A DNA stretch of 49,463 bases, from assembly GCA_964467845.1 (NCBI GenBank), contig CAYXTQ010000001.1, forward strand, positions 1-49,463. The letters run 5' to 3'. The position numbers and the translations under genes were made by a program. The notes under the pieces are model-generated. The model worked only from the letters and a program-made list of their open reading frames with translations. It was not told the DNA's origin and ran no database searches. This DNA is from an uncultured Methanosarcinales archaeon. Its GTDB lineage: Archaea; Nanobdellota; Nanobdellia; Woesearchaeales; CAYXTQ01. Below, piece by piece: positions 25,356 through 35,052 of the stretch (the first letter of the stretch is position 1; each line of letters opens with the position of its first letter).

Positions 25356-25524
25356 TTATTAATTAGTAATGAATTTAGCCCCTTCTTAACAAAAAAAAAA
25401 AATTCTTATCAAATAAAAACAAAAAACTTTTATTTTTTTTTATTAAAAACCTATTTAACCTTATTTTAATAATATAAAAATCGAAAAGTTTTTAAATGTT
25501 TTTAACCATAGAATATAGAACAAA

Positions 25525-26028
25525 ATGAAGATTACAAATAAGATCATAGAAGATGTTTCAACAGAGGTTGCTGGTGAAGACGTAGTTCCACTAGTAAAGA
25601 ATCTGAAGAATAAAAAAAACGTCTCTGAATTCAAATTAGCTGAAAATATAAAAAAAGAGGTAAATGAGGTTAGAAATATGTTATATAGGCTTTATGATGC
25701 TAACCTTGTCTCCTTTATAAGAAGAAAGGATAAGAAGAAAGGCTGGTACATTTATTATTGGACATTTAATTTAAAAAGGGTTAAATACCTTATTAAAGAT
25801 TTAAAAAAAAAAAAAGTAGAAAAGCTAAAGGAGAGGTTAGAAAGAGAACTTAGCAGTCATTTTTTTATTTGTAACAAAAATTGCATAAGGCTGGATTTTG
25901 AACAAGCAACCGGTTTTAGTTTTAAATGCCCTGAATGCGGTGAATTAATGAACCAAGAGGACAATGCTGGAACTATTAAAAAAATAGAGGAAGAGGTAAA
26001 AACCTTACAAAAAGAGTTAAAGAACTAA
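25525..26028 (+). CDS. tfe: Transcription factor E (TFE alpha)
   Basis: 167 aa with an N-terminal winged helix plus a Zn ribbon (CNKNC...CPECG). Confidence 0.75.
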   Translation: MKITNKIIEDVSTEVAGEDVVPLVKNLKNKKNVSEFKLAENIKKEVNEVRNMLYRLYDANLVSFIRRKDKKKGWYIYYWTFNLKRVKYLIKDLKKKKVEKLKERLERELSSHFFICNKNCIRLDFEQATGFSFKCPECGELMNQEDNAGTIKKIEEEVKTLQKELKN

Positions 26029-26039
26029 AATTTTTTTAT

Positions 26040-26729
26040 TTATTTTACTAACCAGGGGTAATTTAGCTTTAGTTCTTGGACAAATATTTCTGGCTCAAAA
26101 ATACCTATCTCTGAAATTATTGATTTAACCAAATTTGGTTTTATTATTGATTTTTTTTTTATTTTTGGAGTATAGTTCAAAGAGTGTGTATAACAATAAA
26201 CAGGTATATCAAGTTCTTTTGCTTTTTTTATTAATTGTACAGAATCTTTATTGGTGAATATATTTGCATGAGAATCTATTCTATCAATATGCACCAAAGC
26301 CAAATCTATATGTTCAAAGTTAACTTTTTTATCTTTTAATGAGGTAACAAAATTGATTTTTATGTTCTTGTTTTTGGTGATATTCAATAACTGTGGAAGT
26401 AGGGGATTTTTTTCAGTTGTCAGGACAGTATATGTATGCTTAACTTTTTTTAATATGTTTTTTATTATCTTCTCCTCCGCCTTATCAACAAGATTCATAA
26501 CCTCCTCTGCTCTTTTTTGTATTTTTTCTCTCAAATGCTCAACATCCTTCCCCTCTAAGTCTGAAAAAATATAACTTAAAACATTTTTTAGATGCAAATC
26601 ACTTTTATCTATTTTTATTTTTTCTAATTTATTAATAAACCTTGTTTTTGTTATAACATTTAATTTATCAGATTCTCCTAGTAATAATTCAATTTTTTTT
26701 TTTATTCTCTCTTTTTTACGATATACCAT
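26040..26729 (-). CDS. Short eIF-2B alpha/beta/delta-like (IF-2B family) protein, probably truncated or degenerate
   Basis: 229 aa. The C-terminal Rossmann-like part (VLTTEKNPLL..INFVTSL..DLALVHIDRIDSHANIFTNKDSVQLIKKAKELDIPVYC) resembles the IF-2B family. The N-terminal domain is missing or diverged. Confidence 0.4.
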   Translation of the reverse strand: MVYRKKERIKKKIELLLGESDKLNVITKTRFINKLEKIKIDKSDLHLKNVLSYIFSDLEGKDVEHLREKIQKRAEEVMNLVDKAEEKIIKNILKKVKHTYTVLTTEKNPLLPQLLNITKNKNIKINFVTSLKDKKVNFEHIDLALVHIDRIDSHANIFTNKDSVQLIKKAKELDIPVYCYTHSLNYTPKIKKKSIIKPNLVKSIISEIGIFEPEIFVQELKLNYPWLVK

Positions 26730-26793
26730 CTTAGAAATAGATATTAATAAAAACTAGTTTAAATACTTTTTCATAAAAAAAAAAAATTTTTAT

Positions 26794-26982
26794 TTATTTC
26801 TTTTTGGTAAGTTTTTTCTCTATCTTTAGCTCCTCTCTTACAATCTTTGTTGCTATTTTTTCAATATGCATTTCCATTCTTGCTATCCTGCGCTCCATTA
26901 AAACCAACACCCTCAAAGAATAAACAATTGCAGCTAAAGTTCCGATTATTACAGAAAGTATAACTCCTTGTATGTCTAACAT
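26794..26982 (-). CDS. Small single-TM protein with a charged coiled C-terminus
   Basis: 62 aa with TM segment GVILSVIIGTLAAIVYSL. A GGTGA SD lies 5 nt upstream of the ATG. Confidence 0.55.
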   Translation of the reverse strand: MLDIQGVILSVIIGTLAAIVYSLRVLVLMERRIARMEMHIEKIATKIVREELKIEKKLTKKK

Positions 26983-27032
26983 TCTATCACCTTCTTTTTA
27001 TTTTAAATTATAAGTTATAATAAATAGTAGTA

Positions 27033-27109
27033 TATAAAGTTATCGAAACCTTTTTGGGTTTCGGGAACTTTATACTTAGAAATGTTATACATTTCTCTCG
27101 TATAAAGTT
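27033..27109. other. Two mutually exclusive long hairpins sharing the arm AACTTTATA (27033-27074 and 27066-27109)
   Basis: TATAAAGTT (27033-41), AACTTTATA(C) (27066-75) and GTATAAAGTT (27100-09). The inner stems are CGAAACC/GGTTTCG and AGAAATG/CATTTCT. Confidence 0.65.
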
Positions 27110-27127
27110 TTTGATAAATTAAAGTTT

Positions 27128-27144
27128 AAAAAAAAAAAAAAAAA
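27128..27144 (-). terminator. T17 run (minus strand) directly after the TrmB-family gene stop
   Basis: Read directly. Confidence 0.6.
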
Positions 27145-27945
27145 TTATTCAACAGACTTCATCTTTTTCCATTCTGAATCAAAGAAATCTTGCAAAGTTG
27201 ATGCAAATAATTTTGTTTTTACCCAAATTCCAACATCATAGCTTGAATGTATATCCTTATCATCCAATAACATAAACATTATTTCATCACTATCAACTAT
27301 GCAGAATCTGCTTTTACTTGTAGTATTCTTTATCTCAGCTATCTTAGAAATACTATTTGCTATTTTTGATGTTTCTTTTGTGATTGGTGCTGCTATCTTT
27401 ATTTTAACTCCTCTTTCTTTGGCCTTTGTTAATGCTCTTTTTAATGATTCTACTTTTCTTATTAAACCAGATTCAGTAGTCATTATCGTCACGCTTTTCT
27501 TACTATTTTTTATCATAGTCTCAAGGTGTTGATAGATAGAACTTCTTCCTCTAAAAGATCCTGAAAGGTCATTTGGTTCAACTGATTCAATGCCTTGTTT
27601 ATGAAGTAATGTCAACTCACTTAATATATCGCTTTGTTTAAGCTCTTCCATTAACATTGCTCTTTCTTGTGCCTCTTCTTCTAATTTCTTCTTTACCCTC
27701 TCAATTACCTCTTCAGGCGGAACTGCTATATACTTTATTGGCTTACCTAGCTTCATTATTATGAATCCTTTTTTCTCTAAACTTTCTAGAACATCATAAC
27801 TTCTGCTTCTTGGTACATTTGCAATATCAGAAAGCTCTCCTGCAGTTGAAATCCCACGAGACAATAAAGCAGTCCACAACTTGCTTTCATACGTATTTAG
27901 ACCAAAATCTTTTAATTTATTTAAAAAGCTTTTTTGAATAATCAT
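27145..27945 (-). CDS. TrmB-family transcriptional regulator
   Basis: 266 aa. The N-terminus LKDFGLNTYESKLWTALLSRGISTAGELSDIANVPRSRSYDVLESLEKKGFI is typical of TrmB wHTH proteins. Confidence 0.8.
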   Translation of the reverse strand: MIIQKSFLNKLKDFGLNTYESKLWTALLSRGISTAGELSDIANVPRSRSYDVLESLEKKGFIIMKLGKPIKYIAVPPEEVIERVKKKLEEEAQERAMLMEELKQSDILSELTLLHKQGIESVEPNDLSGSFRGRSSIYQHLETMIKNSKKSVTIMTTESGLIRKVESLKRALTKAKERGVKIKIAAPITKETSKIANSISKIAEIKNTTSKSRFCIVDSDEIMFMLLDDKDIHSSYDVGIWVKTKLFASTLQDFFDSEWKKMKSVE

Positions 27946-28121
27946 TTTATACTCCCTGTTTTATATATTATTAAATAGTTAATTCAAAATATAAGACTTG
28001 AAATGTAGAACTAATATTTAAATCTTTCGTTTTTATTACTATTTTAAAGTAGCAAAATTACCCTTTTGGTGGTTATATGACAAGTAGATTTATATATTAG
28101 CGTAATTATACAAAAAAAAAA

Positions 28122-28529
28122 ATGGAATACGAGAAATTATTGAAAGAGGCAAGGAAAATGTTGCCTGAGTCTATTTTAAAAAAAGAGCGCTTTGAAGTAC
28201 CAAAGGTAATAGGGCATATACAAGGCAATAAAACAGTCATTAGTAATTTCCACCAGATTGCATATTCCCTAAGAAAAGATGTTAATCATCTGGTTAAATA
28301 TGTTTTAAAAGAGTTAGCAGCTCCTGGTAATTTAACAAAAACCGCTTTAATAATAGGAACAAAAGTAAGTGCCTCTAGAATTAATGAAAAAATAAACCAG
28401 TATGTAAAAGGATATGTGCTATGCCCTGAATGCGGTAAACCTGATACTAAAATTGAGAAAGAAGGTAATTTCTTGTTCATAAAGTGCACAGCATGTGGTG
28501 CTAGGCGTAGCATAAAATCTAGGATATAA
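28122..28529 (+). CDS. eif2b: Translation initiation factor aIF2 beta subunit
   Basis: 135 aa with a C-terminal Zn ribbon CPECGKPDT...CTACG and a conserved central domain. Confidence 0.85.
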   Translation: MEYEKLLKEARKMLPESILKKERFEVPKVIGHIQGNKTVISNFHQIAYSLRKDVNHLVKYVLKELAAPGNLTKTALIIGTKVSASRINEKINQYVKGYVLCPECGKPDTKIEKEGNFLFIKCTACGARRSIKSRI

Positions 28530-28531
28530 TA

Positions 28532-28822
28532 ATGATTGCAAAAATTCATAAAACATTTGATGGTAGAAATGTTCTTGCTGTTTGTGATTCAGATTTATTA
28601 GGTAAGAAATTTGAAGAAAAAGATTTGCAGATTGATTTGAATTCTGCTTTCTATAAAGGCGAAGAAAAAAGTGAAAAAGAAATCTTAGAATTATTCAAAA
28701 AAGCTTCTACAATAAATTTAGTTGGGAAAAAATCTGTTGAATTAGGGATAAAAGCGGGTATTATTGACAAAGAAAAAGTGATAAAGATTAAAGGTGTGCC
28801 TCACGCGCAGGTATTATTATAA
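28532..28822 (+). CDS. DUF424-family protein
   Basis: 96 aa. VLAVCDSDLLGKKF...FYKGEE matches the archaeal DUF424 pattern. It is co-oriented with aIF2 beta, 2 nt downstream. Confidence 0.6.
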   Translation: MIAKIHKTFDGRNVLAVCDSDLLGKKFEEKDLQIDLNSAFYKGEEKSEKEILELFKKASTINLVGKKSVELGIKAGIIDKEKVIKIKGVPHAQVLL

Positions 28823-28825
28823 ATA

Positions 28826-31800
28826 TCAGCCAAACCACTTTCCTAATCCTTCTTGTTTTTCCTTTTCTTTTCCAAAAACCCCCTCTATCCTCCTTTTGGT
28901 TAATTCTAAACTTTGTTTAAGATAAACAGGCACGTTATATTTATTAGCTAGACTAATAGAAGGCTCTAGGTATTTTATTATAGAGCCTTCAGAAATAGTA
29001 AATATGATTCTGCCGCCACATTTAGTACATTTTCCTATTAAAGGCACTCTCCTGTACTTTTCATTGCACTGCACACACCTAACTTGCTGCATTGAAAATT
29101 TTCTTAAATTTCCCCTTATATCTTTTAAAAAATGCTTTTCTATTACTAGCCTAGCAACATCGCTTGCATCAACTGCTCTTATTTTTTCTGCTAATTCCAT
29201 CTGTCCTTTTAATTTTTCTTCCATGGAAGGTATTAACTTATAAGCAGAACACTTTACTCCTTGATTTATATTAGCAACTGGATGTGTATAGCCAATATCA
29301 TAATATTCTTTCTCTGTCCCCAATCTAGAACCAAGCTGTTCAACTTTAATCTCCCATGGGTTTTTGTACTGCAAACACCCTTCATAGAACTCAAGGGGAT
29401 ATCTCCAAGAAATATCAAGGTCAAAAACCATATCATCAACTTCTGAAGGTATTAATGTAGAGGTTAAAACCAAAGGCGCATCCTGAGCAGAGCCTCTATG
29501 TGCAGGTAAATAGTGTTTTGAAAAATTTAATAAAGCATCCAATAATAATATCACACAACTTTCATCTCCATCTAAATCTCTTCTATGTGCTGCATGAAAC
29601 AAAGGATGCGCATAATAACCTTGTGCCCTTGAAAAGCCAATTATTCTTCCTAATATTGCAGCAGAAGTGTGTGGTGCTAATCCAAGAATAAGCTTGCCTA
29701 CTAAGTCCTGTTCTGATTTGAGATTATAAAAAGGTTCTAAACCATAAAGTTTCATTAATAAATCGTCTATAAAGTTTGCTACTTTATAAAGAATTTTGTC
29801 TGCTCCTTTATCAGGTGATTCTTTGCATGCCGGTAAAATTACGTCTTGAGGTAAAATTTCTAATACCTGATTATTATCTTGTAATTCTTTACCATAAATA
29901 TCTGTTTCATAACCAAGTTGTTTTAATTTTTCTATACTTGTAGAGACCTCTTTTGGTTTAAAATGAGTTATACCAAGCTGCGTCATATCATACCTTGTTG
30001 TTCCGTCTTTGTTTACATATATGTCGTGTTTTGCCCTTAATATTCCTTTTATTAAATGTTCTGGAATATGGTCTTTGTTTGATGTACCCCTTACTCCTTT
30101 AATCAAATCAGGGTATGATTTTGTTTTAAGTTTTTTAAGAGCAAGGTCAAAATATTCTTTTATATCAATTGTTTGGGTTTTAAAAGTAGCTGCTGGCCCG
30201 TGTTTTTGGCAATTTTCTTTTGGAATGTTTCCGCAAAATTTACAATAATACATTCTTTTTGTTTTTTTATCACAATTTAGACAAATGCTTAATACTGTTT
30301 CTTTATCACAATTATTACAATAATAAATGGGAAAATCTGCCCTGATTTTTCCAGTCTCTAACGCTGCCTGAAATGATCTTAATCTCCCACCTTCTTCTCC
30401 AACAGGAAATAAAACCTGTGGTGAGCCTGTCAATTCCCTTACCTTTGCTTTTTCTGGCCTGCCCATTCTTGCACCTATAAATGTGCCTGCTTTATCCATA
30501 ACCTTTACTTCAGAAATTAGATTTATTATTTCTAAAACATTCTTCTCTTTATTCTCCTTAATAATCTGCTCTTTTTTTTTTTTTTTTTCTTCATTAGATA
30601 TTCCTAACGAAGAACAAAACGCAACCGCATTATCCTTTTCAATAACAACAAACTCATTGCCTGTGACAATATGTGGCACACCTAATAACTCTAAAACCCT
30701 TTTTGGTTCTTGCTCTAGCGGCAATATAACTTTTTGAACCTCATTATCTTGTATAACAACGTTTGCTTTATTTATCCAATCTAACAATAAGAGAAATTGT
30801 TCTAATGAAATGGTCTTCCAATAATAAGTGTATGCTGGATGCATTGGTGTCTTTAATTTTTTTGAAAGCGATATTGAAGCAGAAGCTGTTATTTTTGTAT
30901 TTAACGGCTCTTTTAGTAAAATTTCCAAAGAAGTCTTAGGAATCTCTACTAATTCAGAAAGTTTATCTAAGTCTAAATTTCCAAAAAGATTAACTGTTTG
31001 TTTTTCTATTTCCTGTGCCCACCACTCCTCACAATAGCCTGCAGGAACCAGCACATGCGCCCTATTATAAAAATCACCGTAACTTATTAGTATGTCCCCT
31101 AAAAAAAGTATTTCTTTTATATCATCAACAATCTGCTTTGCTTGCTTTTCTGATTCTACTTTAACAACAGAACTGTTGTTTAGTAAAACAATAGGCCCTT
31201 CAATGCTTCCGCATGTAGTTAATGCTGTTGATTTTCCTGGCCTTTCAGTTTTTAATTGTGTGCCAATAGCAATATAATTTTTTAATACAACCATTGTAGC
31301 GGGGTGTATTGAAGCAGAAGAGAAACCGCTTGTCCTGGCTCTTCCGTACCTCAACCTAAATCCTCCGACAGCCAACGGTCCTGCAAGCACAGGCCTGCCT
31401 GCAGGCAAATCTTTAAGAAATGTATAATCTGGGTTTATCTTTGTTTTTTCCTCTCTCACTTTACCTTCGGATTTAATTTTTTTTTGTAGTTTTATGAACT
31501 CTTTTAAAAATGACCAATGTCCTAAATCAAAATCTTCTGACCATTTAGATAGTTGTTTCAAAAGTTTTGGTGCTTTTTGTGCTAAGCACTCTCCGATTAC
31601 TAGGCAAGGCCCATTTCTTATCCTGTTTGTTTCTATTCTTTCTATATCTTTATAAGTAGAGACCTCTATCTTCTCTGAAGGATCTCCGTCTATCTGCACA
31701 GGCAGATTTCTAACTAAAAAATCAATTTCTTCTTCACTTGGCAAATATTGTAAGTTGGTAACCCTCTCATGATAATCGTTTATTTCTGTGATTGCTCTTC

Positions 31801-32353
31801 TGATTTCCTCTTCTGTCGGGTCATATTCTCCGTAACCTAGTTTCTTTCTGACATAATCTGCTATTAAAACGGAGACTGCTGCTCCTGTTCCTCCTGCAGA
31901 CCTTATCGGGCCAGAATAAAAAATTGCAAAATAGTCCTCTCCTTTCCTGTTCTTTCTTAATTTGATATTAGTAAAGCCTTCCAAAGGAGATGCTACTGTG
32001 CCTAAAGTTAAATAAGCAAACCCAACCCTTATTCCTACTTCTATAGCCTGTAATTTATCCTTAAATTTGCAAAATTTTTCTTTAGCAATCTCTTCTGCAA
32101 TAGTTAATGAAATCCTCCAATCTAACACCCCGTATTTTTTTTCTAACTCTTTAATCCTTTTTGGTATTCCTACACCAATAATCTGGGGGGCCATAGTAGA
32201 AATCAGTCCTTCAACACGTTCTGCCATGTTTTTTGCAACAGGTATCTCTACTTCTGGTTCAGGATCGTAATTTTTTTTTCTTGCTTCTGTAGCTATTTTG
32301 TATGCTTCCTTTAATTGCAAATTAATGTTATCAAAATATCTTTTAATATTCAT
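28826..32353 (-). CDS. polD2: DNA polymerase D large (catalytic) subunit DP2
   Basis: 1175 aa. Several Zn-finger CxxC clusters and conserved DP2 blocks are present (GPIRSAGGTGAA, HAAHRRDLDGDE). The size argues against an intein. It has an in-frame T17 run at 30572-30588. Confidence 0.9.
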   Translation of the reverse strand: MNIKRYFDNINLQLKEAYKIATEARKKNYDPEPEVEIPVAKNMAERVEGLISTMAPQIIGVGIPKRIKELEKKYGVLDWRISLTIAEEIAKEKFCKFKDKLQAIEVGIRVGFAYLTLGTVASPLEGFTNIKLRKNRKGEDYFAIFYSGPIRSAGGTGAAVSVLIADYVRKKLGYGEYDPTEEEIRRAITEINDYHERVTNLQYLPSEEEIDFLVRNLPVQIDGDPSEKIEVSTYKDIERIETNRIRNGPCLVIGECLAQKAPKLLKQLSKWSEDFDLGHWSFLKEFIKLQKKIKSEGKVREEKTKINPDYTFLKDLPAGRPVLAGPLAVGGFRLRYGRARTSGFSSASIHPATMVVLKNYIAIGTQLKTERPGKSTALTTCGSIEGPIVLLNNSSVVKVESEKQAKQIVDDIKEILFLGDILISYGDFYNRAHVLVPAGYCEEWWAQEIEKQTVNLFGNLDLDKLSELVEIPKTSLEILLKEPLNTKITASASISLSKKLKTPMHPAYTYYWKTISLEQFLLLLDWINKANVVIQDNEVQKVILPLEQEPKRVLELLGVPHIVTGNEFVVIEKDNAVAFCSSLGISNEEKKKKKEQIIKENKEKNVLEIINLISEVKVMDKAGTFIGARMGRPEKAKVRELTGSPQVLFPVGEEGGRLRSFQAALETGKIRADFPIYYCNNCDKETVLSICLNCDKKTKRMYYCKFCGNIPKENCQKHGPAATFKTQTIDIKEYFDLALKKLKTKSYPDLIKGVRGTSNKDHIPEHLIKGILRAKHDIYVNKDGTTRYDMTQLGITHFKPKEVSTSIEKLKQLGYETDIYGKELQDNNQVLEILPQDVILPACKESPDKGADKILYKVANFIDDLLMKLYGLEPFYNLKSEQDLVGKLILGLAPHTSAAILGRIIGFSRAQGYYAHPLFHAAHRRDLDGDESCVILLLDALLNFSKHYLPAHRGSAQDAPLVLTSTLIPSEVDDMVFDLDISWRYPLEFYEGCLQYKNPWEIKVEQLGSRLGTEKEYYDIGYTHPVANINQGVKCSAYKLIPSMEEKLKGQMELAEKIRAVDASDVARLVIEKHFLKDIRGNLRKFSMQQVRCVQCNEKYRRVPLIGKCTKCGGRIIFTISEGSIIKYLEPSISLANKYNVPVYLKQSLELTKRRIEGVFGKEKEKQEGLGKWFG

Positions 32354-32354
32354 T

Positions 32355-33815
32355 TTAAAATTTCAGTATCTTTACCTCTCTTGTTTGTAAATTTACAATA
32401 GGCACCCTACAAGGCTCTGGGTGGTGCCCGACTTTTTCTTGGAAAGGTGTTTTTGATTGCCAACAACTACCGCAAATTAATGTGGTGTTTCTATAATTTG
32501 ATACAGATGTTTTATGGATGTGTCCTGTAACAAAAAAATCTGGTATTTTTGTGATAACTAAAGGATCTTGGTTTGCATCAGGTAAGTATAAGGTAGAGGC
32601 GTGTGTTGGTGCAAGATGTCTTCTCTGAAGTAAAAATTTCATTATTAAGTCTGCCCTGTCATACCCTCCTTGGCTCCTTATTGAATCAACATTTGCAACA
32701 TAATAATCAAAACTATAACCATGATACATCAAAACATCAAATCCTGGAAAATCTTCAGTTGATGCTATATTAACAATACCTGGATTACTAACCATAACAA
32801 TGTTTGGAAGTTCATATAAAGGTGCTGCAAAATCTCTGTAAAGTTCTGGTTGTGGTTCTGCTATGCGCATTGCATCATGATTTCCTGGGCAGACTATTAA
32901 GGTTATATGATTTGGTATTTTTTTTAATAAATTTGCGCACTCTTTGTATTGTTGATAAACGTCCTTGATTACCAATTCCTTGTCTTGTTCAGGATACACC
33001 CCCACACCATCTATCAGATCTCCAATAACAAAGATATATTTTACATTGCTAGCAACCTCTTTTTGTTTCTCACTGCCTGTTTTGCAGTTAATCCATTGTA
33101 AAAATCTATTAAATTCCTCTGCTAAAAAATGATCTGAACCTACATGAAAGTCTGAAAGAAATAAGGCATATTCTTTTGTTGGGCTCTTCCTTATTTCTTT
33201 GTGTAAAGGTATTTCTGGCCATAATACGTTATTTACAAAAACAATATTTTCAGCATTTGCTCCTGTAACCCCTATTATTTCGTCCAAAACAATGTTTTTT
33301 GCTTCAGAATATAACTCTGGTTTGTTTTTGTTTACTATGGCCTTGATCTGGCCGGTATTGTCCTCTAAGGTTAATAGTATGTTGTTGTTCTTTGTGAATT
33401 GTTTGTCTGTAACCATTGCTATTAGAGAAATCGTTTCTTTTTCTTTTTTTTTTTTTATTCTGTTGATTGATGTAATGTTTTGTAGTTCTTGCCTGTTGTA
33501 AAGCATGTTTTTTATTGCCTCATACCTTTTATTAAAAAGTAGAACAAAATCTTGAATCTCTCTTTTTTTTGATTCTTCTTTATATGAAAAAATAACCACG
33601 ACGTTTCCTTCTGATCTTTTAGTTTCTTTTTTTTTTTTTAATAATTCTCTATGAAGCAAAAAAGGGTCTTCTGAAGTTAAAATCTTGCTGCATAATTCAT
33701 TTACATCCTCTTCCCCGAGTTTGTCTAATAAATCCTTACTAAGCAAAATATCGTGCTCTAAAAAATATTTAATTAACCTCTTTTTGTTGTCCTCTTGAAT
33801 ATTCTTTAATTCCAT
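32355..33815 (-). CDS. polD1: DNA polymerase D small subunit DP1 (3'-5' exonuclease)
   Basis: The track ORF begins at a TTG (33854). The first ATG (33815) gives MELKNIQ. The calcineurin-like phosphoesterase motifs are DFHVGS, GDLIDG, GNHD and GHIH. Confidence 0.85.
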   Translation of the reverse strand: MELKNIQEDNKKRLIKYFLEHDILLSKDLLDKLGEEDVNELCSKILTSEDPFLLHRELLKKKKETKRSEGNVVVIFSYKEESKKREIQDFVLLFNKRYEAIKNMLYNRQELQNITSINRIKKKKEKETISLIAMVTDKQFTKNNNILLTLEDNTGQIKAIVNKNKPELYSEAKNIVLDEIIGVTGANAENIVFVNNVLWPEIPLHKEIRKSPTKEYALFLSDFHVGSDHFLAEEFNRFLQWINCKTGSEKQKEVASNVKYIFVIGDLIDGVGVYPEQDKELVIKDVYQQYKECANLLKKIPNHITLIVCPGNHDAMRIAEPQPELYRDFAAPLYELPNIVMVSNPGIVNIASTEDFPGFDVLMYHGYSFDYYVANVDSIRSQGGYDRADLIMKFLLQRRHLAPTHASTLYLPDANQDPLVITKIPDFFVTGHIHKTSVSNYRNTTLICGSCWQSKTPFQEKVGHHPEPCRVPIVNLQTREVKILKF

Positions 33816-33840
33816 TTTAACAAAATAGTTTACCTTGTAA

Positions 33841-35052
33841 TCAAGACAGCCCAATCCCTTCTTCCAGTATCTCTTTTATTTTTAGATTAACTGAAGATGG
33901 GGTTATTAATGCTATTTCCCTTGTTCTGCCGTATCTTCCTTTTGATATTACTTTTGCATTTATTATTCCTAACATATCTAACTCAGATATTACATCAGAA
34001 ACCCTTCTCTGTGTTAATGGCCTTAAGTTTGTTTTTTTGCAGAGTTGCTTATACAATTCATATATCTCTCCTGTAAATAAAATCTTGTTTCTTTGTAAGT
34101 ACAAAGAGAGTATTGAGTACAGTGTTACCTGGAATTGTTTTGGTTGTGTATTAATTATGTCTAATACTCTATCGCGTTCTATTTTTTCTTCTGCATCATC
34201 TATATGCTTAATTCCAACCTTATTAGAGTTTGTTCTTTCTGCTATTTCTGCTGCTACCCTCAATAACTCTAGTGCTCTTCTGGCGTCTCCATGTTCTCTG
34301 GCAGCATAAGCAGCACATTTCTCTATTGCACCAGACGCAATTGTGTTCTTTTTAAAAGCAATTTTTATTCTTTGTTGTAGTATGTCCTTTATTTGAAGCG
34401 CATTATAAGGCGGAAACAAAACCTCTTCCTCTGAAAGGGAACTTTTCACTCTTGGATCAAGATTGTCAGCAAAGATAAGATCATTAGAAACCCCGATTAG
34501 GGTTATTTGTGAATTTTTTAGTTCTTCATTTATTCTTGTCAAATTATACAATATTCCGTCTCCTGCCTTCTTTACTAATTGGTCTAATTCATCCAAAACC
34601 AACAGCAAAAGTTGTTTTTCTTTGTCCAATGCAGAAAAAAATATTTTGTATATTTCATCTGTTGGCAATCCTGTCGGAGGAATCTCTTTTTTGAATTCTC
34701 TGGCAAGTTGTGCAATTAGCCTGTACTCAGTATCAGCAATCTTTTTTAATTTGCAATTTATATATGTAACTTTGAGAGGAATATTATTTTTTTTTGCTAC
34801 CTCTATTATTTGTCCTGTGGTGTATTTTACCGATAGTGTTTTTCCTGTACCTGTTTTCCCATAAATAAATACATTAGACGGCCTTTCTAATTTTAATGCT
34901 GGCGCTAAAATGTCTGCTACTTGTTTTATTTGCTCATCTCTATGCTGTATAAGCTCTGGTGTGTAGCTTGACTGTAAAGCCTTTTTATCTAAAAACAAGG
35001 ATTCCCTCTTTAAGAAATTTTCAAAAAAACCTGTAAGACTTTTTTGTTGCAT
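33841..35052 (-). CDS. cdc6: Orc1/Cdc6 replication initiator
   Basis: 403 aa with Walker A YGKTGTGKT, Walker B LVLDELD and a C-terminal winged helix. It lies directly next to an AT-rich spacer. Confidence 0.9.
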   Translation of the reverse strand: MQQKSLTGFFENFLKRESLFLDKKALQSSYTPELIQHRDEQIKQVADILAPALKLERPSNVFIYGKTGTGKTLSVKYTTGQIIEVAKKNNIPLKVTYINCKLKKIADTEYRLIAQLAREFKKEIPPTGLPTDEIYKIFFSALDKEKQLLLLVLDELDQLVKKAGDGILYNLTRINEELKNSQITLIGVSNDLIFADNLDPRVKSSLSEEEVLFPPYNALQIKDILQQRIKIAFKKNTIASGAIEKCAAYAAREHGDARRALELLRVAAEIAERTNSNKVGIKHIDDAEEKIERDRVLDIINTQPKQFQVTLYSILSLYLQRNKILFTGEIYELYKQLCKKTNLRPLTQRRVSDVISELDMLGIINAKVISKGRYGRTREIALITPSSVNLKIKEILEEGIGLS

